Position numbers and translations under genes: made by a program. Of a DNA stretch of 35,140 nt, positions 1 through 20,535 are shown piece by piece. Under the pieces are notes generated by a model, which was not told where the DNA came from, did not search any database, and was given only the letters and a program-made list of their open reading frames with translations. The stretch is taken from the NCBI GenBank assembly GCA_002269645.1, contig NIVC01004779.1, positions 1-35,140 on the forward strand, given 5' to 3'. Every line of letters starts with the position of its first letter. The first letter of the stretch is position 1. The stretch is from Macrostomum lignano. Lineage: Eukaryota.

Positions 1-444
1 GAAGAAAGATTAATTACGCTTTTCTTGTCTATTTGGTCTGAATAGTGAGAATTTCGCAGCGGTTTGGTTGCTGACTCACGGCTTCCAAATCGCGCTTAAG
101 TTCACATCCTCTTTAAAAACAGCATGCGCCATACTTTTAGTAATACCAGCAATATCACGAAAACAGCGAGTGATCATTCTCTATAGTTCAAAAAAAGACT
201 CGCAACATCGATCTATGCTAGAATTTCCAAATACGGTAAATGTTAACCTGAATGCGACATAAGTTTCCCCCTTTTCTATCGAAAACCCCGACCTGTCAAA
301 TGATAAAGTTCCTTCTTGACCTGATCACCGGTTTTAGTTCAACGAAGGTCGACCCTAAATTATGAATATGATGAGGACACACTTTTTTTCCTAATCCCGC
401 GCTAGCACATGGGCTCTAAACTTACTAGCCTACTAACAGTGGGC

Positions 445-946
445 CAGGGGCGTAGCCAAAGGGGGGCAAGGGGGGAAGGGGGGCCGTGGCCCCCCTCAAT
501 CACCAACTCTGGCCTTGGCGCCCTCCCTCCCCTAAAAGAAACTGGCACCCCTATAAGAAACTGGCGCCTCCCACTAAAAGAAACTGGCGCCCCCCACTAA
601 AAGAAACTGGCGCCCCCCACTAAAAGAAACTGGCGCCCCCCCACTAAAAGAAACTGGCGCCCTCCTCCTATAAGAAACTGGCGCCCCCCCCTAAAAGAAA
701 CTGGCGCCCCTCCTAAAACTGGCGCCCCCTAAAAAAAACTGGCGCCATTCCCTCCTAAAAATTGCGCCCAGGAAAAAAAACTGGCGCCCCTTAAAAGAAA
801 CTGGCGCTCCCCATATAAGAAGCTGGCGCCCCCCTATAAGAAGCTGGCGCCCCCCCCCTATAAGAAGCTGGCGCCCCCCCCCCTATAAGAAGCTGGCGCC
901 CCCTAACTCACGCCCCCCCCCCAATCAAAATTCCTGCTACGCCCTG
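445..946. mobile_element. hAT-like non-autonomous TIR element (MITE) with internal minisatellite
   Basis: Termini CAGGGGCGTAGC (445) / GCTACGCCCTG (946) are inverted repeats; perfect 8-bp TSD CAGTGGGC at 437-444 and 947-954. An 8-bp TSD with CAG termini is typical of hAT. Confidence 0.85.
516..905. repeat. ~21-22 bp minisatellite (AAAGAAACTGGCGCCCCCCACT-like), roughly 17 copies, inside the MITE
   Basis: Repeated AAACTGGCGCCC core with variable C-runs. Confidence 0.9.
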
Positions 947-1437
947 CAGTGGGCAATGGGCATTTTTATCCATTTTTGCGAATTGTCATAGAATCTATAC
1001 TAGACATAATATTTGGTCATACTTATAGTAGTAAACATAGACGCAGCTTTTTGGGTCATATCATCGCTTTCGAAGCTGGTCTGACAGCCACCTGCGCCTC
1101 ACTCAGTGTTGAGGCAGGCGCCAGATGGTCTGAGAGGATGCGGGCGGTAGCTTTTTTCTCATCATTTTGACAGGCCATCAAGATTTATGAGGTCAGAGCC
1201 TATTGTTCGTGTTCACTCGAGCGTGTGACAGCTTCGACAGCTATGCGTTTTACCCCTAAAAGTACCTTGGGATTAGCGATTAGCGATTTCTCTTCATTAT
1301 CTTCACTTTCTATTTAATAAGAGCTTTCTAATGTATATTTTTTCATTCATTTTTTTCAAGTCTACGCGAAAAGTCATAAATCATTTTGTTGCGATTTTGA
1401 GTGATTTATGGCCGCACTTGTCATCTCTTTACGACCC

Positions 1438-2100
1438 TGTGGGAACTGATAGGATCTCCCGTCACGTGATTTTGGGTGGCAACTACCTTAGCCAATCAGA
1501 AAATTCGGCGCTCATTTTAACAAATCGGCTCAGCCAATTAGAATCGACGTGTTCCATTATAACCAACTGCGGTCCAGTTGGCGGCTATTTAAAGCGGTGT
1601 TTTTGGCCCGTTCAGACGACAACCTTCCTTGCGACCGGGTGCTACCCTTGGCTCCACCGGCCAGGGACTGACCGTCGTTTCTTGATCCCCGGATTGCGAC
1701 TTCCCCCCGTCATCATCAAGGACGAATCCCCCCGGTCATCAGCAGCGAACATCAAAGTGAAGAGCATCACCTGCTAGCTATCAGCGAAGATTGTGACATC
1801 AGCATCATCCCGGGCCTACAGCTGCGAAGCACTAAGCCGATTCGGTCACTGTGGATTACCTGGTCTCCGTCTGTTTAGTTTCTGATTGGTTGGGTGAGAG
1901 GCTGCCTAGACTTGCTTGATTGGGTGATCCCCTATCTGTCCCCTGTTTCAGTAGCTGGATTAGGCGCACACTTTTGCTCATTTTGTTCAGTAGTGCTGTA
2001 ATCGAGGCAGAAGTCATTCAATAATACTTCTAGTAGTCTAAAACTCCAATTCAATCTGAAGTGTGAAGTGATTTGAGGAGAAGGTTAAATCTAACAGTTA
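1438..2100 (+). mobile_element. LTR-like / promoter-like repeat segment, boundaries uncertain
   Basis: Starts TGTGGG; two CCAAT boxes (AGCCAATCAG, AGCCAATTAG), TATA-like TATTTAAAG, ends ...CTAACA; no TSD found. Confidence 0.3.
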
Positions 2101-3035
2101 TTTTTATCGGTTTTAGTTCTTTGTTCGCCGATGGCTCAGATGAGTAGCTAAGCTAGTAGGCGCCGGTCACAGTGGACCAATGGCAAAGCAGTTCTCAGTC
2201 GATCAATCAATCAAATCAGTGAGCAAAACTGCCAGAAGTGCAGAATCGGCACCAGAGATGTACTTTGTGCACTCTAGGTTCGCCAAGCGGCTCGGGTAAT
2301 GAATCGTGCGAGGTCTCTGAAGTTCGAGTTAGTCTATCATCAGCGCTATGAGAGGCTAGTTGGCGCGTTGAAGGCCAAAAGTACAATTCCTCGTATTTAG
2401 CAACGTAATGTAGCTACATGTATATGTAGCTACCCCATAGACTCGCCACTGCAAGAATCCCCTGCACAAGTCCCCTCTGTACCTGCATGGCCAATGCGAT
2501 CAAGTCCCAGCAGTGTCCCTTATCATCGGCTATGACTTCGAGATAGACAGCACAAAGACACTAGTTGGCAGGTAAGTGCAAAGCCCCCTATAGTCGGAAG
2601 CCCGATTTCGAGAGTCCCGGTGTGGTGAGCCAGGACGCACGGGCTGGTGGCAGCGAGTTAGCTTAGTCTGCGGATTAGCTAATTTCTACCTTCAAAATTC
2701 TCCCTGCTTGTCTCTCGCTATCCCTCTCTTAGCTATAGGACCTAGACTGCTGGCCACACGATCAAGCTACCATGGGGCTGACCATCTGACAGGAGTGGGG
2801 GGCCAGGACTCTAATTGATTTATTTCTGAGACCTAAGGCCCGAAGGCTTCCCCAAAAGGGGGCCAGAAGGTCGAAACCCATCACATAAATGCAGGTGAAA
2901 AATCCGAGCTTTAATCTAAGACTCGGAACGACCTCAAGAGATTGTAGTAATCTACACGAACTACACTATAGTGAACTACACGAAAACTTAAGAGTTGAAT
3001 AGCCATTATATTTTATGAATTAACAATGGATAAAT

Positions 3036-3130
3036 AATCAGCGGTCCCAGTGCGTGACAACGATTGTCTGGCGAGCGCCGGTAGGCGCGAGCCATAGACA
3101 AATCGTTGTCACGTGCTGCGACCGCTGATT
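3036..3130. repeat. Long imperfect inverted repeat (hairpin/cruciform), probably part of a non-autonomous DNA element
   Basis: AATCAGCGGTCCCAGTGCGTGACAACGATTGTCT vs reverse complement of AGACAAATCGTTGTCACGTGCTGCGACCGCTGATT; inner GCGCC-GGTA-GGCGC stem. Confidence 0.8.
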
Positions 3131-3658
3131 CTTTGCATTGTTTTTCTGTTTGACGATCCTACAGACAATGCATTGTTTGTAGTAATGGATTGTTCTGCAT
3201 TAAAAATGTGAATAATGATCGTCAAATTGCTAAACAATGAAAAGGATTGGGGCGAAAAACTTAATCACGAGAAAGAACTGTAAAAGGAAATTAGTCTATG
3301 GCCGTTTCCGTTTCTTTCTGTCTGTGTCCCAAAGTCCCCGGCTTCGAGCTCGCTTCTAGGCCTCGGCTGCGCCTCGGCCAAGAAACGCGCTCTCAGTCGA
3401 GTAATTCGGGCCAAAGAAGGGAAGAAGCGGAAAGAACTTATATGTAGGACTCGCCAACCGGCGATAGGCAATAGAATTAATATTTTTTGAATCTCCAATC
3501 GATCCAAAAGGTTTGTCTAGGGCCTAAACCTATTTGCCGTATCGAAATATATCAAATATTACAAGAAGGAGGCGTGCGTGGATTTCGTGTGCGTTTTTAG
3601 GTCCACACATAACTCTCACGAGAGAGACAGTAATAAGCACGCTCAGTTCTAAGGTGCG

Positions 3659-12696
<9,038 letters not shown>

Positions 12697-12934
12697 GAAA
12701 AAGTATTCTTCACTGATAGTAGCTGCATTTCATTTTTTATCAAAAAAGAATTTCCTAAAAAGTAGTTTTGCATGATCGACACAAAGATTTACTCACTTAC
12801 TGGATTTTTAATTAAGTTTTCTTTTACTAGGAAGCATTAAAGCATATTATTTTTCTTAACGATGCTACGAGAAAAGACAAATAAAAGAATACTTTGGTTT
12901 TAACGAGTTGCTAAAATATACACTTTGTAGAATA

Positions 12935-13512
12935 TTTGAGTGACTGAAGCATCGTTGTTACTTTGAGTGACTGAAGCATCTGTTGGGGTTGTACTTTGGT
13001 TTTCACGTTGTTTCACTGTCTCTCTCTCTCTCCCTCCCGTGACTGATCATTCTTGCGCGCTATCGTTTTACCCCTACCCGTTGGTACATTTGCGCTTGCC
13101 AGTGTGCATGGTTTTAACCCCCAGCCAATTAGATCGCGTTTGTCTATTAATGTACGTGGTTTCGTGTTATGAAGTCAAATAAATACTTTCGTCACTTCGG
13201 TAGAGTTCTTTAGTGGTATTCTCCTTCGCTTGCAAACATGACTTGACTCAGTTTTCCTAGACTAACAGCATCTTTGTTACTTTGAGTGACTGAAGCATCT
13301 TTGTTACTTTGAGTGACTGAAGCATCTTTGTTACTTTGAGTGACTGAAGCGTCTTGGTAACTTTGAGTGCCTGAAGTGTCTTGGTAACTTTGAGTGCCTG
13401 AAGTGTCTTGGTAACTTTGAGTGCCTGAAGTGTCTTGGTAACTTTGAGTGCCTGAAGTGTCTTGGTAACTTTGAGTGCCTGAAGTGTCTGGGTGACTTTG
13501 AGTGACTGAAGC
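12935..13512. repeat. 30-bp tandem repeat (TTTGAGTG[A/C]CTGAAG...TAAC), split by a solo LTR
   Basis: ~1.5 units at 12935-12980 and ~8 units at 13268-13512. Confidence 0.9.
12981..13267 (+). mobile_element. Solo LTR (287 bp)
   Basis: TGTTGG...CTAACA ends, 5-bp TSD GCATC (12976-12980, 13268-13272); removing it restores a perfect 30-bp unit; internal AATAAA near 13178. Confidence 0.8.
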
Positions 13513-16309
13513 GAAAGCGGAAGCGAAAGTGGAAGCGAAAGCGGAAGCGAAAGCGGAAGCGAAAGCGGAAGCGAAAGCGGAAGCGAAAGCGGAAGCGAAA
13601 GCGGAAGCGAAAGCGGAAGCGAAAGCGGAAGCGAAAGCGGAAGCGAAAGCGGAAGCGAAAGCGGAAGCGAAAGCGGAAGCGAAAGCGGAAGCGAAAGCGG
13701 AAGCGAAAGCGGAAGCGAAAGCGGAAGCGAAAGCGGAAGCGAAAGCGGAAGCGAAAGCGGAAGCGAAAGCGGAAGCGAAAGCGGAAGCGAAAGCGGAAGC
13801 GAAAGCGGAAGCGAAAGCGGAAGCGAAAGCGGAAGCGAAAGCGGAAGCGAAAGCGGAAGCGAAAGCGGAAGCGAAAGCGGAAGCGAAAGCGGAAGCGAAA
13901 GCGGAAGCGAAAGCGGAAGCGAAAGCGGAAGCGAAAGCGGAAGCGAAAGCGGAAGCGAAAGCGGAAGCGAAAGCGGAAGCGAAAGCGGAAGCGAAAGCGG
14001 AAGCGAAAGCGGAAGCGAAAGCGGAAGCGAAAGCGGAAGCGAAAGCGGAAGCGAAAGCGGAAGCGAAAGCGGAAGCGAAAGCGGAAGCGAAAGCGGAAGC
14101 GAAAGCGGAAGCGAAAGCGGAAGCGGAAGCGAAAGCGGAAGCGAAAGCGGAAGCGAAAGCGGAAGCGAAAGCGGAAGCGAAAGCGGAAGCGAAAGCGGAA
14201 GCGAAAGCGGAAGCGAAAGCGGAAGCGAAAGCGGAAGCGAAAGCGGAAGCGAAAGCGGAAGCGAAAGCGGAAGCGAAAGCGGAAGCGAAAGCGGAAGCGA
14301 AAGCGGAAGCGAAAGCGGAAGCGAAAGCGGAAGCGAAAGCGGAAGCGAAAGCGGAAGCGAAAGCGGAAGCGAAAGCGGAAGCGAAAGCGGAAGCGAAAGC
14401 GGAAGCGAAAGCGGAAGCGAAAGCGGAAGCGAAAGCGGAAGCGAAAGCGGAAGCGAAAGCGGAAGCGAAAGCGGAAGCGAAAGCGGAAGCGAAAGCGGAA
14501 GCGAAAGCGGAAGCGAAAGCGGAAGCGAAAGCGGAAGCGAAAGCGGAAGCGAAAGCGGAAGCGAAAGCGGAAGCGAAAGCGGAAGCGGAAGCGAAAGCGG
14601 AAGCGAAAGCGGAAGCGAAAGCGGAAGCGAAAGCGGAAGCGAAAGCGGAAGCGAAAGCGGAAGCGAAAGCGGAAGCGAAAGCGGAAGCGAAAGCGGAAGC
14701 GAAAGCGGAAGCGAAAGCGGAAGCGAAAGCGGAAGCGAAAGCGGAAGCGAAAGCGGAAGCGAAAGCGGAAGCGAAAGCGGAAGCGAAAGCGGAAGCAAAA
14801 GCGGAAGCAAAAGCGGAAGCCATCACAATAATTGAAGCTGCAGTGATGGCTCCAAGGGTCGAAGAGGCAGCAGCCGCAGACATCTCAGCTGTCCCAAAGC
14901 CTTCAGTATTTGGCTTCGGGCCAAGTCTGTTTCACGTGCTTCAGCGGCAGATTCAGTCGGTGGTCGACTTTCCTTTGGAAAGTATTCGTGGAATCCTCGA
15001 TCTTCGTGCAGCTGTCACTTCTCCGTGAACAAATGATGAAGAACAGTAAATTGGAAACCCAACAAAAGCGCTGCCTAGAAGAACTGCAGGCGTCAATTCG
15101 CGCAGAGCAAGTGTGTGTGGAGTTCGTTGAGTTGCAGCCAACAGAGATGCTTTCAGAAATGGTAAGTTCAAGAAAATTTAAATCTCAGACTCCAGTCCAG
15201 TCCCCAATATTTATCTCACCCCTCTACTATGAGCGTATTAATTACATCTTTTTAAGCTCAACCTCAATTTAGCTAAATTATCGTACCTCATTTTTGTCTC
15301 ATTTTTTGCAATTTCTGCACCCCTCTGTGTTAAACTCGTCTGTTTCATTCTCTTTGCACTCTTCCTGACGACAAGTGACAACACAATCTCAGATAATCAC
15401 GGATTCAACTATTACTTGTCAATCATATGAGTTGTTTCTGTCATTATAGAAAACTCTGCTTCTTCTCGCTAAGCGGTCGACAGTGTCAGAGACAGTTCGG
15501 ACGATAATGGACTCCTGTTTGACTCCCGACCTACAAGCAGCTGTCAGATTCAATAGAAGAGATATGCAGAGTCGAGCTTGTCTGGCAGGATCTAAAACAG
15601 CTTTGACTGATCAGCATCTGGGCTTCAAAGTAACATTCCTGAATTATTTTCAAGGTGAGAATCATTTCATTATGCAATATAACGAGCTTTATGAGTCCGC
15701 TCAAGCGGCATTCAAATAAGTCTCAAATAACTTTGCAGAATTTTCATGCTGCAATTTTTCGCAAATGAATCTGAAAAAAAACTCGAACATGAATTGACGT
15801 AAGTCAGCTACTGTTAGTAGAAATGTAATATTATCTAATTCATTAAGTCTAGGTCTATAACGCACGCAAATGCCATCACGAGCTTGTATGCTTTGGACGA
15901 AGCCAAGCCGACAACGGCTAAGGTGCATGATAAGGTGAAAAGACCTGTTGCATCGCGGTACCGAGCAATTAGCCTGGCCAGAGACCCAGCGGGCACATCT
16001 GCAGCGGCTCCAGCGGCATATGTCTCTCCAGCTTCAAATGTAATGACACCAGCTGCTGGTGCATTTTCACCGCATCTATCTGCACCAGCGACCCCAACTC
16101 GACATCGGATCCACGCCACTGCTCACCAGGCGTCCAGCGCAACTGCAGCACCCGTGGACAGCATTTATCATGTGCTGCAGGTGGGCAAGGATCAAACAAG
16201 AATCAGCGTCAGTCGATGCAACGCTTCGCCTATTCCCAGCAGTCCCACAATGACCCGGACGACGACCAGAATTGCTCTAGCTCTAGCGACAGTGATGCAG
16301 AAAATTTGA
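13502..16309 (+). CDS. Fragmentary multi-exon gene: (AEAK)n repeat, coiled coil, DUF4806-like helical segment, Ala/Pro-rich tail
   Basis: Candidate exons ~13502-15161, 15474-15654, 15739-15798, 15853-16309 with good GT(A/G)AG(T/A) donors at 15162, 15655, 15799. Needs frame corrections near 15010 and 15650; 5' start not found. Confidence 0.45.
13508..14820. repeat. 12-bp array (GCGGAAGCGAAA)n, ~109 units
   Basis: Dimer of GCG[G/A]AA hexamers; two 6-bp slips at ~14120 and ~14582. Confidence 0.98.
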
Positions 16310-17779
16310 TGGATGAACTAGGAAGAAATATACAGAAATTATTTCGACTGTGAAAGCAGGGTCAGATAACATTTTGTCCTTAATTTCACTTTGCTTTGAT
16401 ATGGATGGTAGATAGTAAAATTTAGTAAAAAATATATAGTATTTGAAAGAGCGGCTAAACAATTTTCTATGAATCTTCGAACGAAATTCAACGGCTAACA
16501 AGACGAAAAGTATTTAAATATGGAATTATAAAACAGGTACTGTATGAACTTGATGGAGAGCAATTCTTCCAGTAGGTGATTAAAATATGTATTCAGTCAT
16601 TTAAAATATTAGGCATTTAAAAATGAAAGATATTATTTTTTATAAAAACGTAACAACCGAAAAAGGGCGTTTAAAACAAAGATTTAGGTAGGCATTAATT
16701 GTTTGCAGTTAAAGTATTTACGGTATACGATAGACGCGATCGCGCCGGTATTTGTAAATGGAAACAGATACTCGCAGGAAACATGCAAAAAGGAGATATA
16801 GCAAAAGGTGAGTATCTAGCTTTGACACCCAAAGGATTCGATTCGATACGGATTCGATTGGTGTAAGACGTGTAGTAACAGCATGGCACACACGGCGTTG
16901 TCCAATTTTTTATGTTGGTTGTGGAGGAAGATTATTTATGAGTTTATGAATCTTCTCGATAGCTAGCAGGTCTTTTTTAGTTTTGCTTTCGTTTGTAGCA
17001 CAGCCTAAGCTGTAGAAATGCCGGTAGGGTGGATATTCAAACATTTAAAACGATCGTCAGTAACTTTAACAAAAGTGACCTACTTCAGCGAATATTTAAA
17101 CTTTCTATCGTCGAGTCAAATTTAATTTATTAACTGACCAAAAAACTGATTTTGAGATCATCGATTAAATAACGATTAAAAGCAAAGAGAAGATTGCTTT
17201 ATTGCAGGTGCAGGGGTCGGCAGACTCCGGCCCTCGGGTGCTGTGAAACTTTACAATAGCAATCTGGCCCGATCAAGGTTGGTGTCTCTTCTCAGCTGTC
17301 TTCTCTCTCCTTTCGTCGTTCTTTTCTCTCCCATCCTCTACTCTCCTCTCTCATCTCCTCTCATTGAGGACGCGACTACACTGAGGAAACGAGCTCTGCG
17401 GACCTGCAGGACGAAGAAGAGGAGCCCGCAATAGTAAGTGATCGCTAAATTCTGTTCCCATGTGTTGTGTCGTGACCAGGAGCCCGTAAAAGGGCCGTTC
17501 GTCTAACTAACCTTTTCTTACTTTTTCTTACTACTCTACTTTAAGTAGTGCAGTTAATAAATTATTCGTATATTGTATTGTGAAACGTATTTTTAATCAC
17601 GTGACATTTTTGGTGGTTGAATTTATCGATCGTGTAACAATTTACTGTTAAATATCAAATATAAGCGCGGGTTGCCCTAAGTGGAGCTCGCACTTTTTTC
17701 CGGCAAAAAGTCTTACCTGCCACGTACTCGTGTTTCCTGTGTTAGTCTGCCGAGACACCACACCATGCTTGCGGGGAAG

Positions 17780-19420
17780 TGGGTTTTTCGAGTGACTGGT
17801 CACCACTCGTAAACTCTTCACTTTTGTCTCATCTCAAAGGGCCGGCCCGAGCACCACCAGGGAGCGGATTCCTTGCCTAATTTGTATTCATAGGCTTTTA
17901 GAGGGCAGGCTGCCTCGTAGGTAGTGGTGATCGCCCGGCGTCCAGGGAGGAGGCGAGATCAGCCACGTCCTGGCAGTCAGAGGTCCCTGGGGGCCATAGC
18001 TCAGCTTTGAGACAAAAACGGCACAATCGATATTTATGACATTCTGACTATATGTGACCTTTGGCTTTTGCTTGGTCAGCCCGATGCAAAAGCGGATAAA
18101 ACGGTGGTCCGAGAGCGAGTCTTCGTCCTACAATTTCGCTAACCCGACATGTAACTGCGAATACATGTAGTAGTCCGGGTGAGGCGATGGTGGTGTCGAT
18201 GACTTCGATGACCGCCCGTTGTTGAACGTGAGTACACTGTCCACGTTGCTTTTGACTTAGGCCAGCAGTTCTTCGCCTCTGTTGTTGGTGTTCTTGCTAC
18301 CCCCAATGCATGTGGTGCGCATTTAATTTCCTTTCAATGAGCAGCTCGAACTGATGGGACACGGCGTAGTCAAGCTAGCGCGTCGCAGAACACTCGATTG
18401 TCGCGCGAAAAGTAGACGGATGCTATACCAGCGCATATTTATTGGGAAGGAGGTTATTGATTCAAAAAACACAGATGTCCCTACAGTCCAAGGGTCAGGT
18501 TTAATTCATGCCTCAAAAGCTTTTGCAGCAAAAATCAAAGATCTTGAGCGAGGCTGGGAGTCTGCCATGCAAAAGCAGAGCGTGGTAGCCAGACGGTACA
18601 TTATTGGCTTACCTTTAGTCATCCAGGGAGCTATTTCTATGTCGTGCGCACCAGGTTGACTGACGCCTTCACGCAGTGCTGGGTGTTGGTCTGCAGACAT
18701 CAGGTGTAGACGCTGGCATCATTGCAGATCGGGCGTTGCAGCCGTCAGAAGTTTCTCCTCCTCCTCGGCGCTCCACCAGCTTCGGGTAGGGATCACCGGT
18801 GTCCATGGGCTCCTCTTCAACAAAAAGCCCCTGACCAGCAGGAAGGCAGCCTTCGTCCATCGGCTGCAGGGTCCTCCACCTCGGATTGGTCAAATGCCCT
18901 GGAGCAGCCAGCCACCTGGGCAGGGAGTCCTTCTCAGGTCGGCCATGCCCGAGGGGTTGGGCCCAGCTGGGACGTCCCTGGACAAACTGGTGTGTCTGGA
19001 CGTCCGGGCGACCTCTCGCCTCAGCTGGCTGATTTTGGCAATGCGGACCGCTTCATCTGCTCGGCCGTCTGGTGCTGTGCGCTGGGTGTTGGTCGCCTCC
19101 GCCCTCAGCAGCTCCCGCCTCCGCCTCGGACGCTTCCGCGTCCCGCCCAGCCCGCCTTGCTTACTGCCATGGGGAGGGTCGGCCTCGAAGGAAGGAATGC
19201 GCAGCTTCTAAAGACCAACGTTGATGAAACTGTCGAGCGGATAGCGCCACATCACGCCTCATCAAAGCGTCCGACAGCCCCAGGCTGGCTGTGAATCCGG
19301 TGCCGTCTGTGCGCTTTTGGATGCCGTGCACGGACCGAAAGGAGCTTGTGGTGAAGCGGTTGCGGCTGACGGGACCAGGAGACCAGGAGGAGCTTGTGGC
19401 TAAGCGGGTCAAAAGTTCGC
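17780..19420 (-). pseudogene. Decayed fragment of a LINE related to the 5967-10740 element (ORF1 3' half + endonuclease)
   Basis: GFTASLGLSD vs GFTAILGLSD; WGSKNTNNRGEELLA vs WGSNTSNSRGEELLA; CQDVADLA vs CQEVDDLA; YEAACPLKAY..SAPWW vs HEASCPLKAY..SAPWW; many stops and frameshifts. Confidence 0.85.
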
Positions 19421-19423
19421 TTT

Positions 19424-19453
19424 AGACAGAGAAAGAGAGGTAGATAGATAGAT

Positions 19454-19488
<35 letters not shown>
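19424..19488. repeat. (GA)n/(GATA)n microsatellite
   Basis: Direct reading. Confidence 0.95.
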
Positions 19489-19490
<2 letters not shown>

Positions 19491-20272
19491 AATTACGGTG
19501 TGTCTAAATGCACGAACTCTCACTTCCGGACCAATTGTCTGGGCACGAAATTGAATGATCACTTACTTTTCACGGGCTCCTCTTCTTGTAGGTCAGATTC
19601 CAACGGCGCGCAGGGGTTGAATTCTGAAGTCGGGCGAGTATAAGAGCAGTTGTAGTAATCATAACGCTTTAATCCGTCGACATTAGTTTCTTCCTCGTAT
19701 TCAGTGATCAGAATCAGGGATGCTCCCTCTTAATAAAATAAACTTTATGACAGTAACGAGGTCCTCGAGGAAGGGCGTCTTCTTCTAGAAAAAACAGAAT
19801 CAGAGTCGCGTGCTCTTATCTGTTACTCTAGAGTACCAAATCAATAAATCGATAATCGTTTAAGAGTATCGGAATTGGTCCAATGGATCGTATCCAATCC
19901 CTTAGGAATATATAGGCCTTTAATTCAATAAATCAACAGAAATCAACTGATAAATCACAGGCGATAATGACTCAGCTTTAACTAATCAAATAACAAAGAC
20001 TTCAACAAAGGCTTACCCATTGGTGTAAACTTCTCTCAGAGATGTAGCCTCGTTCCAGTAGTAGTTCTGGATGGGTCTCAAGTTCTCTTGAGGCTGCTCC
20101 GAGTTTGAAATTTCAGCTCGGATTGTTGTTTAATTGTCGCGCCTGTTAATACGCACGGCGCGTTGAAAATAAACACCTAATGGAAGTTGAACTGATTTTT
20201 TGAGGTTTACAAATTTTATCCTTAATGTGATTGCCTTTTCATTTTGCACTATTTAGTGCAAATAAGTGTAAC

Positions 20273-20535
20273 ACTGTCCACCATTGAGTACCCGAAAACC
20301 GTGGCACAGAGAGTACATATTATCCACCATTGTCTCAGAATCTGTGGCAGGGGCACACATTGTCCACCATTAAGTACTCAGAATCTGTGACACAGGGAGC
20401 ACACATTGTCCACCATTGAGTACTCAGAATCTGTCACAGAGGGCACATATTGTCTATTATTGAGTACTCAGAATCTGTGACAAATGAGCACCGATTGTCC
20501 ACCCTTGAGTACTTAGAGTGAGCAGACATTGTCCT
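20273..20535. repeat. ~45-bp tandem repeat, ~6 degenerate copies (ATTGTCCACCATTGAGTACTCAGAATCTGTG...)
   Basis: Recurring TTGTCCACCATT and TCAGAATCTGT. Confidence 0.85.

Noticed and set aside
516-905. Regular repeats here and at 3799-4035, 5684-5966 and 20273-20535 as CRISPR arrays
   Set aside because: Units are head-to-tail with no unique spacers, there are no cas genes, and the context is eukaryotic
1200-2990. A defined solo LTR or TIR element spanning this region
   Set aside because: Several TG..CA and TTCGTG/CACGAA end pairs were tried; none gave both a convincing TSD and matching termini
13210-14883. Minus-strand (ASAF)n and (LPLS)n ORFs as the real gene
   Set aside because: The stop lies inside an inserted LTR and there is no splice or domain support; the + strand has downstream exons. 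Kept only as a caveat.
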